A stretch of 64,000 nucleotides of DNA from an uncultured Candidatus Saccharibacteria bacterium (GTDB lineage Bacteria; Patescibacteriota; Minisyncoccia; Minisyncoccales; CAZUZH01), in the NCBI GenBank assembly GCA_964624815.1, contig CAZUZH010000001.1, forward strand, positions 1,090 to 65,089. Direction: 5' to 3'. The notes under the pieces were generated by a model. The model was not told the origin of the DNA. It made no database searches and saw only the letters and a program-made list of their open reading frames with translations. Position 1 is the first letter of the stretch; every line of letters starts with the position of its first letter. This document shows positions 1-9,068 of this stretch, piece by piece. The position numbers and the translations under genes were made by a program.

Positions 1-125
1 TATACAATAAGTTTTATAAAATACTAAATAGGAGATAATATAATACTATCTTGTTACTCCACATTAATAAAACATATGTAATAGATATATTGCTATAGCA
101 ATATATCTATTACATTAGTTATGTG

Positions 126-199
126 TGCCCCCAGTAGGATTCGAGCCTACAACCTCCGCGTCCGAAGCGCGGCGCTCTATCCAGTTGAGCTACAGGGGC
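126..199 (-). tRNA. tRNA-Arg(UCG)
   Basis: Reverse complement GCCCCTGTAGCTCAACTGGATAGAGCGCCGCGCTTCGGACGCGG...GGCTCGAATCCTACTGGGGGCA folds as a cloverleaf; anticodon TCG; no encoded CCA. Confidence 0.95.
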
Positions 200-202
200 T
201 TA

Positions 203-476
203 GGGATGCAGGATGCGAACTATCATCAATTTAGCAAAGCCAATTTGAGCCATATTCAAGGCGCGAGGAGCGATGCGATGCCGGAGTGCATCGTGAGCGA
301 CCGAGCAACGCAGAAGATGGCTCAAATTTGCCTGCCCGAAGGGAAGCGAAATTATGGGCCAATTTCTTTGTTACTCCTCCTCAATGGGCTATAAATAGCC
401 CAATTTCGTCGTAGTGCCTTGAACTTGACCCATTCTTTTGCTTCTAAAGCTGATGATAGTTCGCATCCTGCATCCC
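203..476. mobile_element. Y-shaped palindromic non-coding element (MITE/REPIN-like) with 26-bp perfect terminal inverted repeats
   Basis: GGGATGCAGGATGCGAACTATCATCA (203-228) and TGATGATAGTTCGCATCCTGCATCCC (451-476); two internal hairpin arms; colinear with the outer element at 56572-57116. Confidence 0.75.
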
Positions 477-532
477 AACATTATTATACTAAAAATTTGA
501 AAAAAATCAAATTTTGAGATAGAATAAGTTTA

Positions 533-1981
533 ATGATTATACCAAAAGAAGTAAAATCTGTTTTGGAAAAATTGCGGAAAAAGAAGCACGAAGCTTACAT
601 TGTCGGAGGTTGTGTTCGGGATGCTTTAAGGGGCTTTGAACCTTTGGATTGGGATGTAGCAACAAATGCCAAGCCGGAAGAAATTACAAAGATTTTCCCA
701 AAAAGTTTTGCCGACAATAAATTCGGCACAGTAACAGTTTTAACTAAGAGCAAAGATAAACCACTAAAGGAAGTTGAAATAACGCCTTTTAGAACAGAGG
801 AAAAATACACTGATAAAAGGCATCCAGATAAAGTTGAATGGGCAAAGACCATTAAAGAGGATTTGAGTCGTCGGGACTTTACAATAAACGCAATTGCTAT
901 GGATCTTGATGGAAATATTATTGATCATTTCAATGGCAAAAAAGATTTGGAAAAGAAAATTATCCGGGCAGTTGGCAAAGCAGAGGATAGATTTTCTGAA
1001 GACGCTTTAAGAATGCTCAGGGCAGTCAGGTTTGCAACTACCTTGAACTTTAAAATTGAGGAAAAAACATCAAAGGCAATTGAGAAAAATGCTTTTTGGC
1101 TTCAAGCAATTTCCCACGAGAGAATAAGAGACGAGTTTTTAAAGATCGTTATGGCTGATAAGCCGTCAAGCGGAATTGAGCTTTTGCGCAAATTAGGACT
1201 TTTGAAATATATTATTCCGGAATTGGAAGAAAATTACGGAGTGGGACAGAACAAGCATCATATTTATGATTGTTATGAGCATGCTCTTCGTTCTTTGGAA
1301 TACGCTGCAAAGAAGAAATTTAACAGTGATGTTAGATTAGCTTCGCTTTTTCATGACATTGGAAAGCCTCGTTCCAAGCGGGGCGAGGGTAAGGATTCCA
1401 CTTTTTACGGCCATGAGGTTGTGGGAGCCAGGATGACGGCCCGTATTTTGAACCGGTTAAGATTTTCCAAAAAAGATATTGAAAAAATTGTAAAACTTGT
1501 AAGATATCATTTATTTTACTATAATGTTGACGAAGTTTCCGAGTCTTCGGTTAGAAGGTTGGTTCGCCAGGCAGGACCGGAAAATATGGATGAGTTGTTG
1601 CAGGTGCGTATGGCTGACCGGATTGGGTCTGGAGTGCCAAAAGCTGAACCATATAAACTGCGTCATCTTCGTTATATTATTGAAAAAGTTAGCCAGGATC
1701 CGATTTCTGCTAAAAAATTAAAAATAAGCGGCGATGACATAATGAAGATTTTAAAGATTAAGCCGGGACCGAAAATCGGAGATGTTTTAGATATTTTACT
1801 GGGATATGTTTTGTCTGACCCAAAAAAGAACAAAAAAGATTTTCTGGAAAGAAAAACCAAAGAATTAGGCAAATTAGAGGACGGAAAATTAAAAGCTCTT
1901 GCAGAAAATGCCAGAATAGAAAGAAATGATATTGAAACCAAAAAAGATGAAATGACCAAAAAGAAATATTGGGTAACGTGA
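533..1981 (+). CDS. cca: CCA tRNA nucleotidyltransferase with HD domain
   Basis: VGGCVRD, DWDVAT, RRDFTINA, EDALRMLR motifs and HD domain (FHDIGK). Confidence 0.93.
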   Translation: MIIPKEVKSVLEKLRKKKHEAYIVGGCVRDALRGFEPLDWDVATNAKPEEITKIFPKSFADNKFGTVTVLTKSKDKPLKEVEITPFRTEEKYTDKRHPDKVEWAKTIKEDLSRRDFTINAIAMDLDGNIIDHFNGKKDLEKKIIRAVGKAEDRFSEDALRMLRAVRFATTLNFKIEEKTSKAIEKNAFWLQAISHERIRDEFLKIVMADKPSSGIELLRKLGLLKYIIPELEENYGVGQNKHHIYDCYEHALRSLEYAAKKKFNSDVRLASLFHDIGKPRSKRGEGKDSTFYGHEVVGARMTARILNRLRFSKKDIEKIVKLVRYHLFYYNVDEVSESSVRRLVRQAGPENMDELLQVRMADRIGSGVPKAEPYKLRHLRYIIEKVSQDPISAKKLKISGDDIMKILKIKPGPKIGDVLDILLGYVLSDPKKNKKDFLERKTKELGKLEDGKLKALAENARIERNDIETKKDEMTKKKYWVT

Positions 1982-2001
1982 TCATAAAACATAAAACAAA
2001 A

Positions 2002-2072
2002 CGGGCTATAGTGTAATGGTAGCACGAGTTCTTCGGGAGAATTTAGTTCCGGTTCAAATCCGGATAGCCCGA
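2002..2072 (+). tRNA. tRNA-Pro(CGG)
   Basis: CGGGCTA/TAGCCCG acceptor stem, anticodon loop TTCGGGA, T-loop GGTTCAAATCC. Confidence 0.93.
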
Positions 2073-2156
2073 ATAGAAAAAGATGCCGTGAGCGGTCTCT
2101 TTTTCCTTTTTTATTGGGGGATTTTTAAATTATTTTATTTTTGCTATACTGATATT

Positions 2157-3287
2157 ATGAAAAAAATTATTTTTATTATTTTTGTTTTGGCTTTTGCGGC
2201 GGGTGTTTTTAATTTTGCTTTAGCTCAAGAAGAACCTCAAGTTGACATCAGCTTTTTTTATGGCGAAACTTGTCCTCACTGCTCAGCAGAGCAGAAGTTT
2301 TTAGACGCAATGGAAAAAAAATACCCCAACCTTGAAATAAAAAGATATTCGCTTAATGAACCAAAAGCCATTGAGCTTTTGAAAGATTTGTGTAAAAAAT
2401 GTGAATCTGAAAAGTATTTGGGATTAGTTCCTCTGACTTTTATTGGCGATAATTTTTTTCTTGGTTTTGACAATGAAAACGGGATGGGAAGACAAATTGA
2501 AGATTATATACAAAGACATATGGAAAGTGCGGAGAAACCAGAAGAAGATAAAGAGAAAATCCAACTGCCAATCATTGGAGAAATAGATGTTGGCGAATAT
2601 TCTCTGCCAATTTTAGCTGTTGTTTTAGGGACATTAGACGGGTTTAATGTTTGTTCTCTTGGCGCTTTGGTTTTAATTTTAGGTTTGGTTTTAACTATTC
2701 GCTCCCGTAAGAAAATTATTCTTTTCGGCGGACTTTTTATATTAACAACTGCTGTAGTTTATGGCATTTTAATTTTTCTTTGGCATCAGCTTTTTTCCCT
2801 TTTAGCTCCTTATATTAGGCTCATGGAGATTTTGATAGGATTTTTAGGACTTGGTGGAGGAATTTATTTCTTAAAGCAGTTTATTAAATACCAAAAACAC
2901 GGACCGGCTTGTGAAGCCGGTTTTGGGCAAAAAATAGCTTCTAAATTTTCCCAGAAACTTCAAAAATTTTTTGGAACTAGAGATATCTTTGCGATAATTA
3001 GTTTGGTTTTTCTATTTGCCGTTATTATCACTATTGTTGAGTTTCCTTGTTCCGCTGTAATTCCGGTTATTTTCGCCGGTATTGTTGCCAAAGCCGACTT
3101 AGCGTTTTTAAACTATCTTCTAATAATTTCCCTTTTTGTTCTTTTCTATATGCTGGATGAGCTAATTGTTTTTTTAATCGCCGCTTACAAAATGACTCTT
3201 TGGATTAGTTCTGGAAAATTTATTGTTTGGATTACTCTTATTGAAGCAATCGCTTTGTTTTTATTGGGATTTTACTATTTGTTGTAA
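2157..3287 (+). CDS. Thioredoxin/glutaredoxin-fold membrane protein with cytochrome-c-biogenesis (CcdA/DsbD-like) transmembrane domain
   Basis: Signal peptide, CPHC motif, DGFNVC and VEFPC transmembrane cysteines; start moved to ATG 2157 because the ORF-track start overlaps tRNA-Pro. Confidence 0.8.
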   Translation: MKKIIFIIFVLAFAAGVFNFALAQEEPQVDISFFYGETCPHCSAEQKFLDAMEKKYPNLEIKRYSLNEPKAIELLKDLCKKCESEKYLGLVPLTFIGDNFFLGFDNENGMGRQIEDYIQRHMESAEKPEEDKEKIQLPIIGEIDVGEYSLPILAVVLGTLDGFNVCSLGALVLILGLVLTIRSRKKIILFGGLFILTTAVVYGILIFLWHQLFSLLAPYIRLMEILIGFLGLGGGIYFLKQFIKYQKHGPACEAGFGQKIASKFSQKLQKFFGTRDIFAIISLVFLFAVIITIVEFPCSAVIPVIFAGIVAKADLAFLNYLLIISLFVLFYMLDELIVFLIAAYKMTLWISSGKFIVWITLIEAIALFLLGFYYLL

Positions 3288-3337
3288 ATAGCAATGTTTG
3301 TTTTTACCTCAAAAAATGCTAAAATAAAATTGATTTC

Positions 3338-3408
3338 GGGCTTGTAGTATAATGGCATTACACCGCATTCGCATTGCGGAAATGCGAGTTCGATTCTCGC
3401 CGAGTCCA
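3338..3408 (+). tRNA. tRNA-Ala(CGC)
   Basis: Cloverleaf with G3:U70 Ala identity pair; anticodon loop TTCGCAT. Confidence 0.95.
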
Positions 3409-3410
3409 TT

Positions 3411-3827
3411 ATGAACACTCCAACTGCTTTAACCCGGAAAGAGGTTGGGAAATTGGGAGAGGATATTGCTGTTAAATATTTAAAGAAAAAAGGATGTAAG
3501 ATTTTACAAAGAAATTATCTGCCGAAATTCATAAAAAGCTTTGGAAGAGGAAAAGGAGAAATTGATATCATTATTAAGGAAAAAGATACAATTTGCTTTA
3601 TTGAGGTTAAAAGCGTGATTAAAGGAACTCAGAAATTTCTACCCGAAGATAAGGTGAATTTTTTTAAACAGAGGAAATTAATTAGACTTGCCAAAATGTA
3701 TTTTTTAGAAAACAAAATTTCCCAGAATAGAAAATGGCAAATTGATGTTATTTCAGTTATGATTGATTTAGACTCTAGGAAGGCAAGGCTTCGACATTTT
3801 GAAAATGCTGTTGCTGATATCTATTAG
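3411..3827 (+). CDS. yraN: YraN family (UPF0102) putative endonuclease
   Basis: G.LGEDIA, GEIDII, FIEVK motifs. Confidence 0.9.
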   Translation: MNTPTALTRKEVGKLGEDIAVKYLKKKGCKILQRNYLPKFIKSFGRGKGEIDIIIKEKDTICFIEVKSVIKGTQKFLPEDKVNFFKQRKLIRLAKMYFLENKISQNRKWQIDVISVMIDLDSRKARLRHFENAVADIY

Positions 3828-3920
3828 CCTTGCTATAATTAGTAGTGAAGAGAAATGAAAGCTTGCTTTTGTTTCAACTTAACGACTAATTACGTCTAAA
3901 GTTCACAATTAGAACAGATT

Positions 3921-4226
3921 ATGTATGTTGCGATTCTCATTGCTGGTTTTGGAGGAGGAGTTCTGCGAGGCTTAGTTGGGTATATCAAGCATCAGTTCTC
4001 ATACAAAAACGTGGGATTTAAACTCCCCTATTTTTTGGGGATGATGTTTTTGTCCGGGATAATTGGCAGCTTAACCGCAATGGCAATCCGTGAAGCTGGC
4101 ATTACTTTTTTTCAAACAGGATCTCTTGTTCCAGCTTTGGCTTTTATTATTGGTTATGCAGGCGGAGACTTTTTGGAAAATGTTTATAAAATAATTGTAA
4201 AAAAATCATCTTTATATGAAGAGTAA
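3921..4226 (+). CDS. Small membrane protein, hypothetical
   Basis: Three hydrophobic Gly-rich segments, IGYAGGDFLE. Confidence 0.7.
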   Translation: MYVAILIAGFGGGVLRGLVGYIKHQFSYKNVGFKLPYFLGMMFLSGIIGSLTAMAIREAGITFFQTGSLVPALAFIIGYAGGDFLENVYKIIVKKSSLYEE

Positions 4227-4566
4227 CATTAAAAAATTAATTGGCTGGTTATTGTTGATAGCCGGATTAATAATAATTGCATGGGCTTTGTATTCCTCAT
4301 ACAATATTTTTTCCGCCAAGGACGAAGCGCCGGAGATTTTTTCCTCCTCGGCACGGCTAGAGGATGGCGACAAAGTAGAAGAAGAGATACCTGATATTGA
4401 AGAGCAGATGAAGCAAATGATGGAGGAGCATCTGGAAAGTTTGTTTCCTAAAAGTTTTGGTCCCAGATTTCTTAATTTAATTACTTGGTCAATTTTCGCC
4501 GGGATTTTAGTTTTCGGCGGCGGAAAAATTTCTATTATTGGCATTAAATTAATCGGAAATAAATAG
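4216..4566 (+). CDS. Two-TM hypothetical protein
   Basis: Overlaps previous stop codon; N- and C-terminal TM helices. Confidence 0.7.
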   Translation: MKSNIKKLIGWLLLIAGLIIIAWALYSSYNIFSAKDEAPEIFSSSARLEDGDKVEEEIPDIEEQMKQMMEEHLESLFPKSFGPRFLNLITWSIFAGILVFGGGKISIIGIKLIGNK

Positions 4567-4653
4567 CCAAAAAGGAGCTTAGCTCCTTTTTAATTATAAT
4601 TAATTTTTCCAGCCCAGCAGTGCTCGCGCCGCTGGGATGTGGAAACCATAACT

Positions 4654-5478
4654 ATGGAAAATCCATTTGAACATTTTAATAATATCAGAGAGGCCCGAAA
4701 GAGATTTATGCCAATGGTTTTTGCTCTTTTATCCCTTTTTATTTTTGTTTTGATAATTTCTTTTATTGTTGACATTAACAACAAGATTAAACAAGGGAGA
4801 TACATTGGACAGGATATTGAATCGCAGAACACTATTAGTGTTTCAGCAACCGGAGAGGTTTATACTAAGCCGGATTTAGCTATAACCAGTTTTTCTGTTC
4901 TCACCGAAAAAGCAACAGTTGATGAGGCTTTGAAAGAAAATAGTGAAAAAATGAACAAAATAATTGAGTTTGTAAAATCCCAGGGGGTTTCTGATAAAGA
5001 TTTAAAAACCACTGGCTTGAATATTTATCCGCGCTATGAGTGGAAGAGAGAAACATTAATTTGGCCCCAGCCAGAGGGAAAAAGAGTTTTAATTGGATAT
5101 GAAGTTCGTCAGTCTTTACAGGTTAAAATCAGAGAAATGGAAAAAGTGGGGGCTATTATTCAGGGAGCAACTAGTGCCGGCGCCAACCAGATAGGTGATT
5201 TAAGGTTTACTATTGACAACGAGGATGAGTTTAAGAATCAGGCAAGAAAACAGGCAATTCATGAGGCAAAAGAAAAAGCCAAAGAATTAGCCAAGCAGTT
5301 GGGGGTGAAATTAGTAAAAATTAAAAACTTTTCCGAGAGCGGAATATATCCTCGTTATTACAGTTTGGATGTTGCCGAAGCCGTTGGCAAAGGCGGGGGC
5401 GAAACGCCAACGCCCCAAATAGAAACCGGCGAAAACAAGATAGAAGTAACGGTGAGTATAATTTATGAGATAAATTAA
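4654..5478 (+). CDS. SIMPL/DUF541 domain protein
   Basis: ISVSATGEV..KPDLA, GANQI and IETGENKIEVTV..IYEI motifs. Confidence 0.9.
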   Translation: MENPFEHFNNIREARKRFMPMVFALLSLFIFVLIISFIVDINNKIKQGRYIGQDIESQNTISVSATGEVYTKPDLAITSFSVLTEKATVDEALKENSEKMNKIIEFVKSQGVSDKDLKTTGLNIYPRYEWKRETLIWPQPEGKRVLIGYEVRQSLQVKIREMEKVGAIIQGATSAGANQIGDLRFTIDNEDEFKNQARKQAIHEAKEKAKELAKQLGVKLVKIKNFSESGIYPRYYSLDVAEAVGKGGGETPTPQIETGENKIEVTVSIIYEIN

Positions 5479-5483
5479 AAAAT

Positions 5484-5551
5484 AGACACCGGGTCTCTGT
5501 AAACTATACAGACACCGCGTCTCTATAAACTATACAGACACGGTGTCTCTG
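5484..5551. repeat. Three tandem 26-bp repeats with palindromic core AGACACCG(T/C/G)GTCTCT
   Basis: Units start at 5484, 5510 and 5536. Confidence 0.85.
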
Positions 5552-5572
5552 CGGATTTTAAAAAATTAACAC

Positions 5573-5731
5573 CCTGTACAGCGGTTGGACATTTTTAGCA
5601 AACGATCGTTTACTAAAAATGTCCAGCATGGGTTTTTTCGAAAAAGGAGCTAATCTCCTTTTTTAATTTCTCAAGAGCAACCTTTGAGAAAAATTGAATT
5701 TTCTGAATTAATTTGATAAGATAAAATTATG
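5573..5731 (+). repeat. Upstream module also present at 24042-24192: palindrome, AAAAAGGAG hairpin and promoter-like TTGAAT...TAAGAT
   Basis: CCTGTACAGCGGTTGGACATTTTTAGCAAACGATCGTTT(A/G)CTAAAAATGTCCA is shared by both copies. Confidence 0.85.
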
Positions 5732-6997
5732 AAATTCATTGCAGATTTTCATATTCATTCTAAATATTCCAGGGCAACGAGCAAGGATATGGATTTAGAG
5801 CATTTGGACAAGTGGGCGAAAATAAAGGGCGTCAATGTTTTGGGAACTGGGGACTTTACGCATCCGGAGTGGTTAGCTCATTTGAAAGAAAATTTGGAAC
5901 CGGCAGAATCCGGACTTTTTAAATTAAAGTCTCCTGTCCCGACTTCGGTCGGGGCACGGCAAGAAACTCGTTTTATTCTCACCAGCGAGATTAGCTGTAT
6001 TTATTCCAAGAACGGGAAAGTGAGAAAAGTTCATATTTTAGTTTTTGCTTCTGATTTTAAGACAGTTGAAAAAATAAATGCTCACTTGGGCTGTATAGGG
6101 AATTTAAAATCAGACGGACGGCCTATTTTAGGATTAGACTCTAAAGAATTAGCAAAAATTGTTTTAGAATGTTCGGCTGACTGCTTGGTGGTCCCGGCTC
6201 ACTTATACACACCCTGGTTTTCTTTATTTGGTTCTAAATCAGGGTTTGATTCAATAGAAGAATGTTTTGAAGAATATTCAAAATATATTTTTGCCGGGGA
6301 AACGGGACTAAGTTCGGATCCCCCGATGAGCTGGCGGAATTCATCTCTTGATAAAATTACTCTAATCAGTAATTCAGACGCGCACTCGCCCCAGAAAATA
6401 GGAAGAGAGGTAAATGTTTTTGACACAGAAATTAGTTATTCAGCTATTGCCAAGGCTATAAAAGAAAAAAATCCCAAAGAGTTTTTATATACCGTAGAGT
6501 TTTTCCCCCAGGAAGGCAAGTATCATTATGACGGCCATAGGGCTTGCGATATAAGTTTATCACCCCAAGAATCTAAAAAATATAATAATATATGCCCGGT
6601 TTGCGGAAAACCTTTAACCATCGGCGTTTTGAACCGAGTTGAAGAATTAGCAGACAGAGAAGAAGGTTTTAAGCCGGAAAATGCCATTCCTTTTAAAAGC
6701 CTTATTCCTTTGCCCGAAATTATCGGTTCAGCCGTTGGCGTGGGACCGGCCAGTAAGCAAGTTGCCAAGGAATATGATAATTTGATTGAGAAATTTGGCA
6801 ATGAGTTTAATATTTTATTGGAGGCAAGCCGAGGGAATTTGGAAGGAGTCACTAAGCAGGAAATTGCCGAAGGGATTATTCGGGTAAGGGAAGGAAAAGT
6901 TTATGTAGAACCCGGCTATGACGGAGTCTATGGAAAGATAAATATATTTTCACAAGAAGAAAAGAAAAAACCGACAAAACAAGATACTCTTTTTTAA
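5729..6997 (+). CDS. Endonuclease Q / PHP-family protein
   Basis: DFHIHSKYSRATS, GTGDFTHP, NSDAHS, GKYHYDGHR.C and CPVCG motifs. Confidence 0.9.
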   Translation: MKFIADFHIHSKYSRATSKDMDLEHLDKWAKIKGVNVLGTGDFTHPEWLAHLKENLEPAESGLFKLKSPVPTSVGARQETRFILTSEISCIYSKNGKVRKVHILVFASDFKTVEKINAHLGCIGNLKSDGRPILGLDSKELAKIVLECSADCLVVPAHLYTPWFSLFGSKSGFDSIEECFEEYSKYIFAGETGLSSDPPMSWRNSSLDKITLISNSDAHSPQKIGREVNVFDTEISYSAIAKAIKEKNPKEFLYTVEFFPQEGKYHYDGHRACDISLSPQESKKYNNICPVCGKPLTIGVLNRVEELADREEGFKPENAIPFKSLIPLPEIIGSAVGVGPASKQVAKEYDNLIEKFGNEFNILLEASRGNLEGVTKQEIAEGIIRVREGKVYVEPGYDGVYGKINIFSQEEKKKPTKQDTLF

Positions 6998-7006
6998 AAT
7001 TAAAAA

Positions 7007-8047
7007 ATGATAAAATCCAAAACCAAAAGTATAATTTTTTTTGCCTTTTTAGTTTTGATATTTTTAGCAGATTTAATTTTTATAAACTTTCTTTTAGAAA
7101 AACAAGAGGAATTTTACTCTGGTATCTTTAACCGGGCAGTAATTAATTTTTCAGAGATAAAAAAACTACGAGAAAATAGAACAGCAATTTTAATATTTGT
7201 AGGAGACATTATATTAGATAGAGGGGTGAAATATATGGTGAATAGAGAGGACAACGGGGACTGGAAATTTCCATTTTTGAAAATCGCTAATTTTTTGAGA
7301 AAAGCCGATATATTATTCGGCAATTTAGAAAGTATAATTTCTGACAAAGGAGAGAAAGTTGGTAGCATTTATTCTTTTCGGGCAGAGCCAGAAGCAATTA
7401 AGGGTTTGATTTTTGCCGGTTTTGATATTGTCTCTGTGGCTAATAACCATACTTTTGATTATGGCAGAGAGGCGATGGAAGACCATTTTAAGAGGTTAAA
7501 AGAGGCAAGGATTAATTATGTTGGCGGTGGATTTAATAAAGCAGAAGCCCAGTCACCAGTTATTAAAGAGGTCGCGGGCACTAAAATTGCCTTTTTGGGC
7601 TATACCAATCTCGGTTCAGAATATTGGAAAGCCGAAGAAAACAAATCCGGTATTGCTTGGCTAACAGAAAATATCGCCGAAGATATAAAAAAAACAAAAG
7701 AAATAGCGGATTTAGTTATGGTTTCTTTTCACTGGGGTGAAGAATATCAAAAAGTTACAGAAGAACAGGAATTTTTTGGCCATTTGGCAATTGATAGCGG
7801 AGCTGATTTAGTAGTCGGCCATCATCCTCATATTGTTCAGGAAATAGAGGAATACAAGGAGAAATATATTTTTTATTCTCTTGGTAATTTTGTTTTTGAC
7901 CAGAGTTTTTCAGAAGAGACTATGCAGGGATTGTTAGTGAAAGTTAAAGTGGACAAAGCCGGGATAAAAGAAATTATTTCTCAATCAATTAAAATTAACG
8001 AGTTTTTTCAACCAGAAGTTTTTTCAACAACAAGTTATTTAAAATAA
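7007..8047 (+). CDS. CapA (PGA_cap) family metallophosphoesterase
   Basis: GDIIL, NLES, ANNH, HWGEEY, GHHPH and YSLGNF motifs. Confidence 0.92.
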   Translation: MIKSKTKSIIFFAFLVLIFLADLIFINFLLEKQEEFYSGIFNRAVINFSEIKKLRENRTAILIFVGDIILDRGVKYMVNREDNGDWKFPFLKIANFLRKADILFGNLESIISDKGEKVGSIYSFRAEPEAIKGLIFAGFDIVSVANNHTFDYGREAMEDHFKRLKEARINYVGGGFNKAEAQSPVIKEVAGTKIAFLGYTNLGSEYWKAEENKSGIAWLTENIAEDIKKTKEIADLVMVSFHWGEEYQKVTEEQEFFGHLAIDSGADLVVGHHPHIVQEIEEYKEKYIFYSLGNFVFDQSFSEETMQGLLVKVKVDKAGIKEIISQSIKINEFFQPEVFSTTSYLK

Positions 8048-9019
8048 TTTCATAGCTTCATTCCAAATTTCTGGGTCGCCCTGCTTCTCTTTTAGCCAGT
8101 ACCACCATTCAGCTCCCCAGAAGTAAAACCGGCTTAATCCGGTTTTTTTAGCGAATTCAATATTCTTTTTAAATTTTTCCAGATCCATTGTCTTTTTCTG
8201 TTCTTGAAGAGGCATATCTTTGACAAAAGTCGGACCCCAGGGTTCAGCCTGAAGCTCCAGGCAAATAACTTCTTTATCAAAAATCTTTTTAATTAACTTG
8301 GCTCGTTTATAATAAAAAGCTGGAGGAAAGGGGTACTTGACATAATTCTTGAACGGCTCAAACCATAATTTTCTGTAAATTGTAATTCCCACCATGTCTC
8401 CGTATTTTCCTGCCCTTGTCCAAAATGACCACTCGCCAGTATCAGAAACAATAATCGGTCTATTGTCTAAAGACTTTACCAAAACAATTTCTTTTTCTAA
8501 AAGAGCTTTGTTTGATTTGGGACATTCACCAAACTTAAAGAAGGGTTCGTTTTCTACCTGCCAGGCTGAAATAGCCGAAGAGTTTTTATATCTATTTACA
8601 ATTTTTTTAATATACGCCAATAATTTTTCTTTGGCAGCAGGTCTCCATTCCAACCAGACAGGAATGTGGCATTCAGGCCAGCGCGGAGTTTTCATGCCAA
8701 TTGTCAAAACGAGTTTAGCTCCTTTTTCTTCTGCTTTGGCAATCTGCCAATCCAAATCAGTAAAATCATATTTATCTTCTTTCGGTTCAATTAAGTCCCA
8801 ATAAGCAATTATTCTTATTTTTTTAACTTTTAAATCATCTAATAAAGCCAAGTAAACTTCTTTCCAGTCTAAATCAAGACTTTTAGTCTGTTTTTGGGAA
8901 AAAGTAACAGCCCAAGTAATTTTCTCAATTTGAGGAGCTTTGCCGACAAAAAAATAACCAGCAATAATTAAAAGTAATAATATTATAGGGAGTAAAAAGA
9001 ATTTTAAAATTTTTTTCAT
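8039..9019 (-). CDS. Membrane-anchored glycoside hydrolase (clan GH-A, GH5/GH42-like)
   Basis: WQVENEP acid/base motif, ELQAEPW, N-terminal anchor. Confidence 0.8.
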   Translation of the reverse strand: MKKILKFFLLPIILLLLIIAGYFFVGKAPQIEKITWAVTFSQKQTKSLDLDWKEVYLALLDDLKVKKIRIIAYWDLIEPKEDKYDFTDLDWQIAKAEEKGAKLVLTIGMKTPRWPECHIPVWLEWRPAAKEKLLAYIKKIVNRYKNSSAISAWQVENEPFFKFGECPKSNKALLEKEIVLVKSLDNRPIIVSDTGEWSFWTRAGKYGDMVGITIYRKLWFEPFKNYVKYPFPPAFYYKRAKLIKKIFDKEVICLELQAEPWGPTFVKDMPLQEQKKTMDLEKFKKNIEFAKKTGLSRFYFWGAEWWYWLKEKQGDPEIWNEAMKLF

Positions 9020-9068
9020 AGACTTATTATTTTATCTGGTGCGTATTTTTAACTAAATACTTAAAATA

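Noticed and set aside
125-394. 89-aa ORF on the + strand
   Set aside because: It is antisense to tRNA-Arg and runs through the palindromic element; shadow ORF
2016-2156. N-terminal extension of the 423-aa ORF
   Set aside because: It overlaps tRNA-Pro and its terminator; the signal peptide begins at ATG 2157
5484-5551. Possible CRISPR array
   Set aside because: Spacers are identical and only about 10 bp; no cas genes in the window
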